The position numbers were made by a program, and so were the translations under genes. 64,000 nucleotides of DNA from the human T2T-CHM13v2.0 reference genome, Homo sapiens: NCBI RefSeq assembly GCF_009914755.1, contig NC_060929.1; one strand, 5' to 3'. Below the pieces are notes generated by a model. That model made no database searches, was not told the DNA's origin, and saw only the letters and a list, made by a program, of their open reading frames with translations. This document shows, one piece after another, positions 44,147 through 60,528 of the stretch (position 1 is the first letter of the stretch; every line of letters begins with the position of its first letter).

Positions 44147-46315
44147 TGCAGGATTATTGATTGGCCTAATTTCAATATTGTTGTGTCTCAGGGAATAGGG
44201 AGACCTGAGGAGAGGGAGAAAGATAAGGGAATGGCTGATCAATGGGACATTCAGAACACACACATTTATAAATTAAAATTTTCATCTTTTATGGGCTCAG
44301 TGTGTGGCACCCCAAGACAATGACAATAATACTGTCAAAGATCACTGATCACAGATCACCATAACAAATATAACAATGAAAAGGTTAAAATATTGCAAGA
44401 ATTAACAAAATGTGACACAGAAACATGAAGTGAGTACATGCTGTTAGAAAAATGGCACCAATAGATTTGCTCAATGCAGGGTTGCCACAAACCTTCAATT
44501 TGTTAAAAAAAAAAAACTACAATATCTGTGATGTGTGATAGAGCAAAGCACGATAAAATGAGGCACGCCTGCATATGCTTACAGATACATATACACACAT
44601 GCACACTCTGCCTAGTTACATGTAACACTTTTTTATACATCTCTTAATTTAACTTTCAATTCTTTTATGATATTAGCATATGCATTTTATGTTCTGTAGC
44701 CTTCAATTTCTGCAGTCATTGCATATCTCATGCCATTGTGGCTTTTGTATGTTCTTGCTCAAGAAGGCTTATTTTCTCATTTCTTTTTGTGTGTATGTTT
44801 TCTCATGAGTTCACGATTTTAGCAATTTTGCCTATGATACTTCTTTGAAGTTTAAATTTTTCACATGGGTTTGAATTATAACTTCAAACCCATATGAATA
44901 TGTGTTTAAGGGGAACTTATTTTTTTCTTTCTCTTCATTCATAGACAATGCTGACATAGGAAACTATCCATTTTAGCACTTTTTCTCTAGTGTGTCATCC
45001 TTCCATGGCCCTATTTTTATGTGGATGTCTTCAATCTAACCTCTCAGCATTCTCAGTCTTCAGATTTTGTCTCCTGTCCTCCCATCCAATAAACACTTTA
45101 CAACTGAGGTTATGGGCCACTGTAGATTCCCAAGTGCTCCTAGACAAATTGCAGGCTCAGATCTTCTTTTATTATCCCTGTAGACTTCTAGACTTGGGTC
45201 ATTTATTCCCCTTACTTGTCTTTCTTAATGCAAGCTACTTTTAATATTTTACATATCTTTTTTGTTTCTTATGCATTATAATATGTCTCCTTCTACAGCA
45301 AGTCCATTATATTACCAAATGTATACACTTAAGTGCTGTCAAATTGATTCTGATAAATTTCAAATAGAAACCATTAGAAGTATTTATTTAGCAGGCAATA
45401 TGACAATGTGTGCTCTCATGGGTAAATATCTTAAAAAGAGCAGTCTTTTAATCTTCATGTTGGCAAGTAAACTCAGCATGTTAAATAAAATATATGCTCT
45501 AAGTATTTGAGTATAGTGTTTCATCATTACATTTTAGGGGTTGATGAAAGTAATTCAGAGTCAAGATCCTTATTTAGATTTATGACATAGACAATGACAA
45601 CAAATTAGCTAAAATATATCTAGTTATTTATTTAGCAGATGATAAACATATATTTGAAAAACAGGAGAGAAAAAGTTCTGCCAAATTCTGTAAATAAGTA
45701 ATGGCTGTAAATACTTACTCCATCCTGTTTTTAAATTTTATGTGAAGACTTTAGACCCAATTCTAACCCTACTTGTGATCTGATACTTTATGACTGTCTC
45801 AGTTCTTAGAAAGGTGTGTGAATGCATGGTCAATAAGCTATGCAGAATAAAAAGTGATTTAAAGTCATTTAAATTTGCATAGCAGTAATTATCTTCATGA
45901 AGGATAGTTAACTCTTCTTGTTGAATTTAACCCTTTACCATTAGGTAGTGTCCTTCTTTGTCATTTTTTTATTTTTGTTGGTTTAAAGTCTGTTTGTCAG
46001 AAACTAGAATTGCAACCCCTGCTTTTTTCTGTTTTCCATTTTCTTGGTAGATTTTCCTCCATCCCTTTATTTTGAGCCTATGTGTGTCACTGCACATGAG
46101 ATGGGTCTCTTGAAGACAGCATACTAACGGGTCTTGTTTCTTTATCCAGCTTGCGACCCTGTGTTTTTTAATTGGGGATTTAGCTCATTTACATTTAAAG
46201 TTAGTATTGACATGTTTGGATTTGATCTTGTCTTCATGATGTTGGCTGGTTATTTTGCAGATTTTCCTATGTGTTGGCTTTGTAGTGTCACTGGTCTGTG
46301 TACTTCACTGTGTTT

Positions 46316-47342
46316 TTATAGTGGCTGGTAACAGTCTTTCCTTTCCATATTTAATGCTTCCTTCAGGAGATATTTTAAAGCAGGTTGGTTAGTAACAAAT
46401 TCCCTCAGCATTTGCTTGTCTGAAAGGATTTTATTTCTCCTTTGCTTATGAATTTTAGTTTGGCCAGACTTGAAATTCTGGATTGGAATTTGTTTTCTTT
46501 TAGAATGTTGAATATTGGGCCCCAATCTCTTCTGGCTTCCAAAGTTTCTGCTGAGAGGTCCGGTACTAGTCTGATAGGCTTACCTTTGTAGGTGACCTGG
46601 TCTTTCTCTCTGGCTGCCCTTAACATTTTTTTCTTTTGTTTTGATTTTGGAGAATCTGAAGATTATTACTCTTGGGGATTATCTTCCTATGGAGTATCTT
46701 ACTGGGGTTTTCTGCATTTCCTGAATTTGAATGTTGCCCTGTCTAGCTAGGTCAGGGAAGTTCTCATGGGTGACATCTTGAAATATGTTTTCCAAATTGG
46801 TTCCCTTCTCCCCATCTCTTTCAGGTACACCAATCAGTCATAGATTTTGTCTCTTTACCTAATCCCACATTTCTCAGAAGTTTTGTTCATTCCTTTTTAT
46901 TCTTTTATCTATTTTTGTCAGCCTGTCTATTTCAAAAAGAGTCTTCAAGCTCTGAGATTCCTTCCTCTGCTTGGTCTGCTCTGCTATTAGTGCTTGTGAT
47001 TGCATTATGGAATTCTTGTATTGTGTTTTTCAGCTCTATCAGTTTAGTTACATTCTTCTCTATACTGGCTATTTTGTCTGTCAGCTCCTGAAATGTTGTA
47101 TCATGATTTCTAGCCTTGCATTGTGTTACAATGTGCTCCTTTAGCTCAGTGAAGTTGGGGGATTTTATCCATATTCTGAATTCTATTTCTATAATTTCAA
47201 CTATATCAATCTCAGCCCAGTTCCAAACCTGTGCTGGAGAGGTGATGTGGTCATGTGGAGGAAAGAGGCCACTCTGGCTTTTTGAGTTTTCAGTGTTCTT
47301 GCACTGATTCTTCCTCATCTTTGTGGACTTATTTACCTCCAA
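46316..47342 (-). pseudogene. Frameshifted L1 ORF1p
   Basis: MRKNQCKNTENSKSQS..SRADQAEEGISELED; MLRAAREKDQVTYKGKPIRL..DLSAETLEARRDWGPIF; DKQMLREFVTNQPALKYLLKEALN. Confidence 0.92.
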
Positions 47343-47496
47343 TCTTTGAGGTTGCTGACCTTTGGATGGTTTTTTGTTTGTTTGGTTGGTTTTTTAACAG
47401 TCTGGCTGCTTTTCCATAAGGCTGCTGCAGTTTTCTCAGGGTCTGCTCCAGTCCCTAGTCACTTTAGATTTTCCAGTACCTAAAGGTATTGCTAGC

Positions 47497-47858
47497 TGTA
47501 TTAGTCCATGTTCATGCTGCTGATAAAGACATACCTGAGACTGGGCAATTTACAAAAGAAAGAGATTTATTGGACTAAAAGTTACACATGGCTGGGAAGG
47601 CCTCACAATCATGGTGGAAGGCAAGGAGAAGCAAGTCACATCTTATGTGAATGATGGCAGGCAAAGAGCTTTTGCATGGAAACTCTGTTTTTAAAAACGA
47701 TCAGATTTTGTGAGACCCATTCACTATCACAGGAACAGCATGGGAAAGACCTACCCCCAGGATTCAACCATCTCCCACCAAGTCTTTCCCACAACATGTG
47801 GAAATTATAGGAGCTACAAGATGAGATTTCGGTGGGGACACAGAGCCAAACCATATCA
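47497..47858 (-). mobile_element. THE1 (B/C-like) solo LTR inside the L1 5'UTR
   Basis: tgtattagtcc..gctgataaagacatacctgagactggg...gccaaaccatatca. TSD ctagc/ccagt. Confidence 0.93.
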
Positions 47859-49270
47859 CCAGTGAAGGCTGCAAAACAGCAAAGAAGGTGGCCTGCTCCT
47901 TCCTCTGAGAGCTCTGTCCCAGGGAGGTATGGATTTGTTGCCAGCCGGAATGCACCTGTAGGATATGGCTGGAGACCCTGCTTGGGAGGTCTCACCCAGT
48001 CAGGGGAAACAGGATTGGAAATCTGCTTAAAGAAGTAGTCCGGCCACACTTTCATAGAGTAGCTGTGCTGTACTAGGAGATTCCTTCTGCTCCCAGTCAG
48101 TTTGGATTCTTCAAAGTTTGCTGGCTCGAATAGCTGAGTTGCCCAAACAGCAAAGATGGTGGCCCATCCCTCCCTCTGGGAACTCTGTCCAGGGAGAACT
48201 CAAATTTCTATTAGCCTGAGAACACCGGCAGGGTTGGCCAGAGGCCCCAGTTGGGAGGTTCCACTCAGTGTGGAGGAACAGTTTGGGGACCACTTAAATA
48301 AGCAGTCTGGCCACGTTTTGGTAGAGCAACTGATCCCTTCCATCCCCAGTCAGTTTGGACTCTCCAAAGCCTGCAGGCTGGAATAGCTGAGTTGTCCAAA
48401 CAACAAAGAAGGCGGTCCACCCCTTTCCTCAGGAATTCTGTCCCAGGTAGGGGTGACACTGTTGCTGGTAGTTGGCTGGAATTCCAAACCAGTGGGTCTT
48501 ACCCTGTGAGGTGCTGTGGAAGTGGGGCCAGCAGACCATCACCGCTTAGCCTCCTGGATTCAGCATCCTTCCTAGAAGTATGTACAGAGGTACAACTTCC
48601 CACCTTGCCAGAAATGCAGTCACTTTTGCCAGGAAGACTGCAGCCGAAGTATGTAAAGCTCCTGGGTCTCTGCATGTGCCTAAGCATCTGCTCTGCTGAG
48701 ACTCTACACAGTTCTTCTGTTTCTCAAACTGAAGGCCCTGGTGGAGTGGATTCACGAGAGGATCTCCTGACCTGAGGGTTGCAAGGATCCATGGGAGCAG
48801 TGTGGCTTTCCTGACTTGTACATTCACTTACCTCTTCCCTGGGTTGGGGAGGTTCCCCTGGCTCCATGTCACTCCCGGGTGAGCCATCATCCTGTCTTGC
48901 TTTTCTTTATTCTCCGTGGGTCGATATTTTTCCTTGATTAGTCCCAGTGCAAGTACCTGGATGTTTCAGTTGATGGTGTTGCATTTATTCACCCCTTTTG
49001 TTCCTCTCCATGAGAGCTACATACCATTGCTGCTTCTAGTTGGCCATCTTGGCCCAAATCCAATGTCTATTAATACATGCATATAATATACTTAAGAAAA
49101 AAATTACTCTATTATAAAATATGTGTATATTCATTTTGCCCAAGTAATGCCATGTTACTTTCCAAACTAGTTAAATTAATTTACAATTCTGCCACAACTC
49201 ACCATTGTTACTAATTCACCTTTTCATTATTTTACCATCCATCCATTTATAAATGACTTCTATTAATTTA

Positions 49271-49495
<225 letters not shown>

Positions 49496-50268
49496 CTATT
49501 CAAGCCAGAAATTTTACAAAAATTATACACATAAAAGTAGGACTAGAAAAATTTAAATTCTAGAGAAGGGAGAAAGTTTTGGAGGTTATGAAGTTGTCCA
49601 TATGGGTATTAGCCAACCTTGGGTTTAGGGTAAACACTACAAATAAGCTCAAGCTTTAGTTTTGAGTATTCTTATTGCTGTACAGTTTTGCTAATGTTTG
49701 ATCATAACTATATTTTCAAATTTTAGAGTGTAATGAAATGCCTTTAGTTTGCCTATTCTGATCTTTAATAAGATGGATTATCTTTTCATATATTTATTTG
49801 ACCTTTGCATTTCCTCTTCAATGAAAATCTGTCCATATTTTTGCTATACTCTCTATTAGATTGTCTTTTCTCATTTATTCATAGAAATTCTTTGTACATG
49901 ATATAAAGTATTATTTTTTATATATATGCAACATATACAAAAAGTGCAAGCTCCAGTTTGTGGACTACATTTTCACTTATTTTGAGATGTCTCTTGAGGA
50001 ATGGAGTCTTATTTCTAACGTAGTTATATTTAACAATCTTTTCCTTTATGGTTAATCTTTTTTGTGGTTCATTATTGCATTTCTATATGTTTGATGTAGA
50101 TTTGTTTTATCAGGTAAGAACATTTACATTTATTCCTAAGTTTTGAAGGGCTTATATCATATATGTTTTTCAGAAATTGGCTATCAGATAGAAGCTTTCA
50201 ATGCATATATTTAAATAATTTTAATTTGTTACCAAGGTAAATTATGTCAACACATTGAAAAATATTAA

Positions 50269-50581
<313 letters not shown>

Positions 50582-51344
50582 GATTATATTTCTTATATAA
50601 TCCCAACTTGAGCAAGAGCTAATACTTTTATAAACAACCAATTTTGGTTTTCTAATATTTTATTTACGATTTTTGCATGTATAGTTAGCTCTGAGATTCT
50701 TCTGTAATTTTGTCTCATTTGGTCCTTTCTAAGTTTTTTTATGTCACTGTTATTGTAGGTGCATAAGATGAATTGTATAGTTTTTTCCTCCTTTTCTATT
50801 GACTGAAAGATTTTGTATAAGTTTGGAATTAATTATATAGTAGGTAAAATTTACCACTGACACTATGTGGGCTTTCTTTGAGCATATTTAACTATTCATT
50901 TTATTACTTATTACAAGATTATTCAGCTTTTCTACTTCTACTTAAGTCATTTTGTTAAGTTATATTGTTTTAAAAATATTTAAAATATTTTTATAACAAT
51001 ATAAATGTTTTTACATTTAAGTTTTAAAAGCTGAGCTACAATTTTCATAATTCTCTTATTTTAAAATTTGATTTTTCTTATAAGAAACTTAATTGGAGTT
51101 GCATCAGAGAATGTAATTGGATTACATCTGATAGATTTTGTAATTTGCTATCATGCTTTATGGGAGTAATATTTTAATAGTCCCCTGCCTCTAGAGTATA
51201 GTCTGCACTTGTTAGATGCAGTGTCAAGTATATGTCTATAAGAACAACTTTTTAGTATATTGCTCAACTCTTCTATACCTATATATTTTTATGTGGTTTG
51301 TTAATTACTGAGAGAAGTATGATTATGTTTTTTAATATCACAAC

Positions 51345-53787
<2,443 letters not shown>

Positions 53788-53789
53788 AG

Positions 53790-54880
<1,091 letters not shown>

Positions 54881-56265
54881 TTATTTTTAAATTTCTGTTA
54901 ATTTTTTATATATTTCGAAGCTCACTTCTTACATGCATACCTCATTAGAATGCTCATATATTCCTGGTAAAATGAATATTGTATTATTATGTAGTAATAC
55001 TATATTTCTGGCTAAATGCTGCCTAAATGTCTTATTGAACTACCGAAATACTTGATAGTGATTATTTTATTAGTATTTCTTGAATTATTTTTGGTAGATA
55101 TTTATTTTTATCATTGTAAGAAATCTTTATTTTTCTATAACTGCTTCATTTTCCTAATAACCTATTCTTATTAATGATAAATTAATTATCCTTTTGATTT
55201 TCACTGAAATTACAAATTGTGTATTTTAAAAATATCATCCCTGCTTTTCAACCAAACCTTTCTAAATAATCAATATATATGCATTTTTTACATTCAGGCT
55301 GCTGATTATCATTCGTTGTGAAATTATTTTCTATTTCTTCTCACTATAAAAAATGACAGCTTGGGTTGATCAATATATTAGACCATTATAGGCTAATTGA
55401 TACCATAAATATCAGTAACACACACAGCAAGATACATTTTTTGGCCACATGAAGCATGTTGCAGATGTTCCTGGCCAAGCAGTTCTTTGATTTATGACTA
55501 TCTCAGGTAAGAAAAAAATACGTAGAAGTATAGAAAAGTAGACCTATTCACTCTGAGGCCTGTGAACTCCAAAGAAACAGTCAAAGGGCAGTCAAGATTC
55601 AAGAGCAGGCAAAATAGACTTTGCTTCTCCATTAAGAGGAAAGCAGCCACTTCTTTGTGTATTAAAACTGCCATCAGCTGCAGGTGACAGCTAACGTAGC
55701 AGTAACACAAGGCATAAGTGGATGGATTAGGCTCACAGCCTTAGGCAAGATACATGACCACTAAGTAAGTTGAAGATCTTTCTGGGCCTTAGAAAATGCA
55801 TGGGGTTTGGAGGGCATTAACAAAGCAGAGGCCTGTGAGAGACTCTGCTGAATGTGAGGATGAGGCCGCTCAGCCCTCATCCTGTGGTTGCATGGGACTC
55901 AGCAAAGGCATAGGGTGTAGTTCAGATAAGTTTGACCAATTCCTTTGCAGGCTTGGCTGATGCAGAACTATCAATTATACAGAAACTAATTCTTATGTAT
56001 ACAGGCTCTTGATGCTTTGGAGAGAGCATTGTTTGTAGCTTTTACTTTTCAAAATTTTGTAGCTCCAACTGTCCCACAGAGAAAGCTAGATGCTTTAATT
56101 TACTGGTGCTAGATTGGCAATGCTCATTAGTTACCCTAAACTCAATTTTGCACTTAGGGCCTAGGAATATACTAACTTTGCATACATGTAGCTTGCTCTA
56201 CAGACCCAAGAGACACTGCCTCCTACTACATTATGTGGTCTCAAGTTGGCTCAAAACTTGCTAAT

Positions 56266-57710
56266 TGTCTGAAGAATGATGAGGTTAATAAATCTGAAAA
56301 GGAGAACTTTGTTTCTCGTACAGGTTTGCAGCCTGCAGGGTGGTTGTTCTGTTTTTTGTTTTTTGTTTTTTTTTTTTGGGTGGGGGGGCATCAATCCATA
56401 GATTCATTCATTTATTTATTTATTTTTTCTTTTTTTGTTTTTCTGGATTTTTTTAAAATTATACTTTAAGTTCTAGTGTACATGTGCACAACGTGCAGGT
56501 TTGTTACATAGGAATACATGTGCCATGTTGGTTTGCTGCACCCATCAACTCGTCATTTACATTAGGTATTTCTCCTAATGCTATCCCTCCCCCATTCCCC
56601 CCCGCCATGACAGGCCCCGGTGTGTGATGTTCCCCGCCCTGTGTCCAAGTGTTCTCATTGTTCAACTTCCACCTATGAATGAGAACATGTGGTGTTTGCT
56701 CTTCTGTCCTCGTTATAGTCTGCTCAGAATGATAGTTTCCAGCTTTATCCATGTCCCTGCAAAGGACGTGAACTCATGCCTTTTTATAGCTGCATAGTAT
56801 TCCATGGTGTATGTGTGCCACATTTTCTTAATCCAGTCTATCACTGATGAACATTTGGGTTGGTTCCAAGTCTTTGCTATTGTGAATAGTGTCGCAATAA
56901 ACATACATGTGCATGTGTCTTTATAGTAGCATGATTTGCAATCCTTTGGGTATATACCCAGTAGTGGGATCGCTGGGTCAAATGGTATTTCTGGTTCTAG
57001 ATCCTTGAGGAATCACCACACTGTCTTCCACAATGCTTGAACTAATTTACACTCAGGGTAGTCGTTCTGTGACAGGCTGGGAAATTATAGCCTCTGACCA
57101 GAAGCTGGAAACAGACACTTTGAAGAAGGGGCAAAGGAAACAGGAATTTATGCTGAGTAGGGTGGCCAAATATTCATATTTAGTAAGCTATAGGAGAAGT
57201 CATCAATATTTATGAAAGGAGAAACAGGTGTATATGCAATTGAGTTTCATGCCCCTTTATAAATTGCATGTACAAAAAATGGCATCATCGGCATCATCCA
57301 TGGGTAGAGTTTTTGACCTTTTGAGGTCAAAAGGTGAAGCAGAGGAGAGGAAAACTCTCACTGCACATCCTCCATAGACTGGTCAGAACCCCTCCGTGGT
57401 TGGAGGTCTCCTACTAGGAAGGAATGCTGGTTGGTTGTTGTGTCAAAACTGCAAAAGGGAGGGGCAGGGTCAGGTGGTTGGTTTATATCAGTGGTGGATT
57501 CTTTCAAAAGGGCTGGTTTTTGTTTAGCCCTTAGAGCAGGAAGCCTAATGACAGTTAGTGAGGGAGGGGATATAACAAGGCAAGGTATGTCTGGTTTCCC
57601 ATGCTGTCGTGACTGGAAATTCAGCTTCCAAAGTTTCTCTGGGGTCCCCTTGGTCAAGAGAAGGTCCATTCAGTTGGCTGGGGGGCTTTGGATTTTATTT
57701 TTATTTCTCA
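56266..57710 (-). mobile_element. LOR1-like ERV1 solo LTR split by an L1PA
   Basis: Minus strand begins tgagaaataaaaataaaatcc.aagcccccc..ccaactgaatggacc. Possible TSD taat/caat. Confidence 0.78.
56353..57053 (-). mobile_element. 5'-truncated L1PA (PA5/6-like) with a double poly(A) tail
   Basis: L1 3' end at 56455-57053. 17-bp TSD cagggtggttgttctgt / cagggtagtcgttctgt. Confidence 0.95.
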
Positions 57711-58574
57711 CAATTATACTTGAGTGAGAGAACGTCCTTATGAAGCAGGTTTCTCAGGACTGAGCACTTCCATAGCAAGAGACAATGGAGCAGCCACTGT
57801 AGCCCAGAACTGCTCAAGAGTGAAATGGCTGTGTCACTAGGGAACGTCCACACTCAACTCACAGGACCCGAAGGCAAGATGGAAGTTAAAACATTTAAAA
57901 TCTATTGTCTATAGAAAAACAGTATGTTAAATTAGACCCAGTATGGGGCCACTACTTTGGCAAATATCTAACTTTGCCATAAGTCTGCAGTCTCAGATTC
58001 CATGCTCTGAGAAAAGTGTGTATGAATTTATTCTCCATGAGTGTTAAATGCATAGTGCCCAAATTAACTTCTTGCTAAGAGATTTCTCCCAGTAGATTTT
58101 AGGATCACAGATAATGGATTCTGAAAAAGGGACGGAGATTTATTGGCATCCTGGGGAAACTGAAACCAGATTTTCTTTGTTGATCTGCACCACTGACAAA
58201 CCTACTGAGTCTCTGCTGTAGTCTGTCAACACTTAGTACTGGCAGTACTTAGGACATAATCCTGGGATAACTGCCTTGAGTGGGGACGGGGAGGGTGGAG
58301 GGTCAGTGGGGGATCAGTGCTCTCATAATCTTGCGTTTATGTACTTGAAATCATGCAGTCATGACAATTTGCCACAAAACTAATACAATTCTTGAGAGCT
58401 GACCTTAAAGTAACTACACACTTAATGATGAGAATCAGCCCAGGCTACTGTTGCTGAAAGAACACTGAGAACCCCTCTGAAATGTGACTGGGCAAAACAA
58501 GTTGGGATGGAATAATTTTGAACTTCAGCTTTTTTGAATTTTAAATTACAAGAGAAAGTTAATTTGCTTTCGGA

Positions 58575-58610
58575 TCATACTTCCCTTGGACTTCATACTT
58601 CCCTTGGACT
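58575..58610. repeat. Perfect 18-bp tandem duplication
   Basis: TCATACTTCCCTTGGACT x2. Confidence 0.95.
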
Positions 58611-59373
58611 TTAACACACTTTACCTTTAATTTAAAAGAAGATTTAATTTTTAGACTTGATTTTATCTCTGGGAGTTAGATACGTGGAGGAGGTTTACAT
58701 CCAAATTTAGGACATTTCTATTTTGACATCTTTTTTAACTTGAATGTATTAATGTTGAAATTTAATCTCATTAAATCTCTTGTGGGCTCTACTGGACAAC
58801 ATGGCTAGACATAATTTGAAATGGGAAGTGAATAGTGAATACATATTTAGCCTTGAGTTAAGAATAGCTTGGGACTGGTTTAATTAATGTCTTATGCTTT
58901 CCAAGGCATTGCCTACTGGGTTCCTGAAGAATATTCCATTGGGGCAGTGGTTGGTATTGGTTGTATAGCATCACAAAGGGTTTGTGGTGTGGGGAGAGGA
59001 AGCTGACCTACTGGAAACTACTGATATCCTTCACTGATGGGAGACAGATGGATCTCTCGTTGACTAAAAGCTTAATGGTTAAGCCCAATGGGCTATTAGA
59101 AGAAAAATTGGAGGAACGGCTTTTGGGGAATTTTTATTGCCTTATTTTTTTTCCCTCAGTGTGAAAAGGGTCCTATTAGTGCAGCACTTCAACCTCTATC
59201 ACCTTATGCATTTTCCCCCTGAGTGGAAGGGAATAATGGCATGTCTGGTGATGCTGGAAAGAAAAAAATAGGCTTGCATACCTGAGGCCCTCATCCTTCT
59301 TTGGGAAACTAGGTGGCTGCAGGGAGTAAGGTTCTCTTCTACTACTCTGACTCAGGAAGTCTACAACTGTTAA

Positions 59374-59845
59374 GTGTGCCAGTCTTCTGTTTGTCCCTTT
59401 AGAAAACTATTTACCCTTCTTAACCCTGGTTTCTGCTTCAGGAGGCTAAGTGTTGGGGTCCATAACAGGCAACCTTTATCACTGACTTCCAGTTGGGTTC
59501 AGTGAAAGGGAGGCCTTGAGAGGAGATCAGAAAGGAGAGTGAGGTCAAGGTATTTATTCCTTTAGGTCTCTCCTCGTTAGGTTGCCATGAACTGCATGTA
59601 TCCCTTGAGTGAGGCTTTGCTCAAGGTAGTTCCTTCAGTAGGCAACTCTCTCCTGGATTTTGGTTACTGCCTACTCTCCTCCCTCTTCAGTCCTAGGGGC
59701 AATACAGCTTCATTCTTTCTTGTTCCTAACTATTGTCTTTTATCCCTTGTTGGTTTATCCATATTCAGACCACATCTTTTGAAAACCCCTTTGGTGGATC
59801 TTGACGGGTAAAGCAATTTATTCTAATTCTGAGACTCAGTACTAG
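59374..59845 (+). mobile_element. LTR33-like ERVL LTR
   Basis: tgtgccagtc...cttccagttgggttcag...aggagatcag..ggagagtgaggtcaaggtatttattcc. Confidence 0.75.
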
Positions 59846-60099
59846 AAAGTCTACTTGGCTGTATATTAGGCTATGTACTCCAGCCTAAATTTTGCAAGTA
59901 ACAAAGGAGAGATTTTGACCTCGTTATGTTGACTTTTGTCTTATTTTTGAGTTAGTACAGATGGGAAGAAGGGGCCTAAAAAGCCCAAGTCAAGAAAAAA
60001 AGAAAGTATATGGAATGCCTTTTGTTTTTATGTATATTTTAAACTACGTTAGTTTGCTCTTAGTTTTGTGTCCCCCTTTTTAAGGGGTATGTGTATGCA

Positions 60100-60528
60100 T
60101 GCTATGGTTTGGATATGGTTTGTCCCTACCAAAGCTCATGTTGAAATTTTATCCTTGGTGTGGTAGTATTGGGAGATGTGGCCTCATGGGAGGTGCTTGG
60201 GTTATGGGGACAGATTCCCTCATGAGTGTCTTGGTGCTGTTCTTGGTGGTGAATGAGTTCTCACTCTTCCAAGTCTGGAGTAGTCCTCATGAGAGTGAGT
60301 TGTCATAAAGCTAGGATGCCCCTCAGGTTTCCCCCTCTTTCATGTGTTCACTTCCCCTTTGACTTACTGAACTATGTTGTGATGCAGCAAGAAAGCCCTC
60401 ACTAGAAGCCAGGGCCATATCATTGTATTTCTCAGCCTGTGGAACCACAGGCGAAATACATCTTTTTTAAAAAATAAGTTGCCCAGTTTCAGGTATTCCT
60501 TTACAGCAACAAAAAATGGACAAAGACA
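60100..60528 (+). mobile_element. MSTB-like MaLR solo LTR
   Basis: tgctatggtttggatatggtttgtcc...tcaggtattcctttacagcaac..aatggacaaagaca. TSD atgca/atgtg. Confidence 0.9.

Larger units (their letters stand above)
45902..49036 (-). mobile_element. 5' half of an L1 (L1PA13-16/L1PREC2/L1PB-type): 5'UTR, ORF1, ORF2 start
   Basis: 5' end gggccaagatggccaactagaagcagc on the minus strand. ORF1 peptides present. Truncated within the endonuclease region. Confidence 0.9.

Noticed and set aside
47860-48480. ~260-bp repeated modules as a novel tandem array
   Set aside because: They lie within the L1 5'UTR, and such modules are a feature of older L1P 5'UTRs.
55350-56230. Possible ERVL/MaLR internal fragments (also ~57720-58300)
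   Set aside because: Composition is suggestive, but I could not anchor them to any recognisable consensus or peptide.
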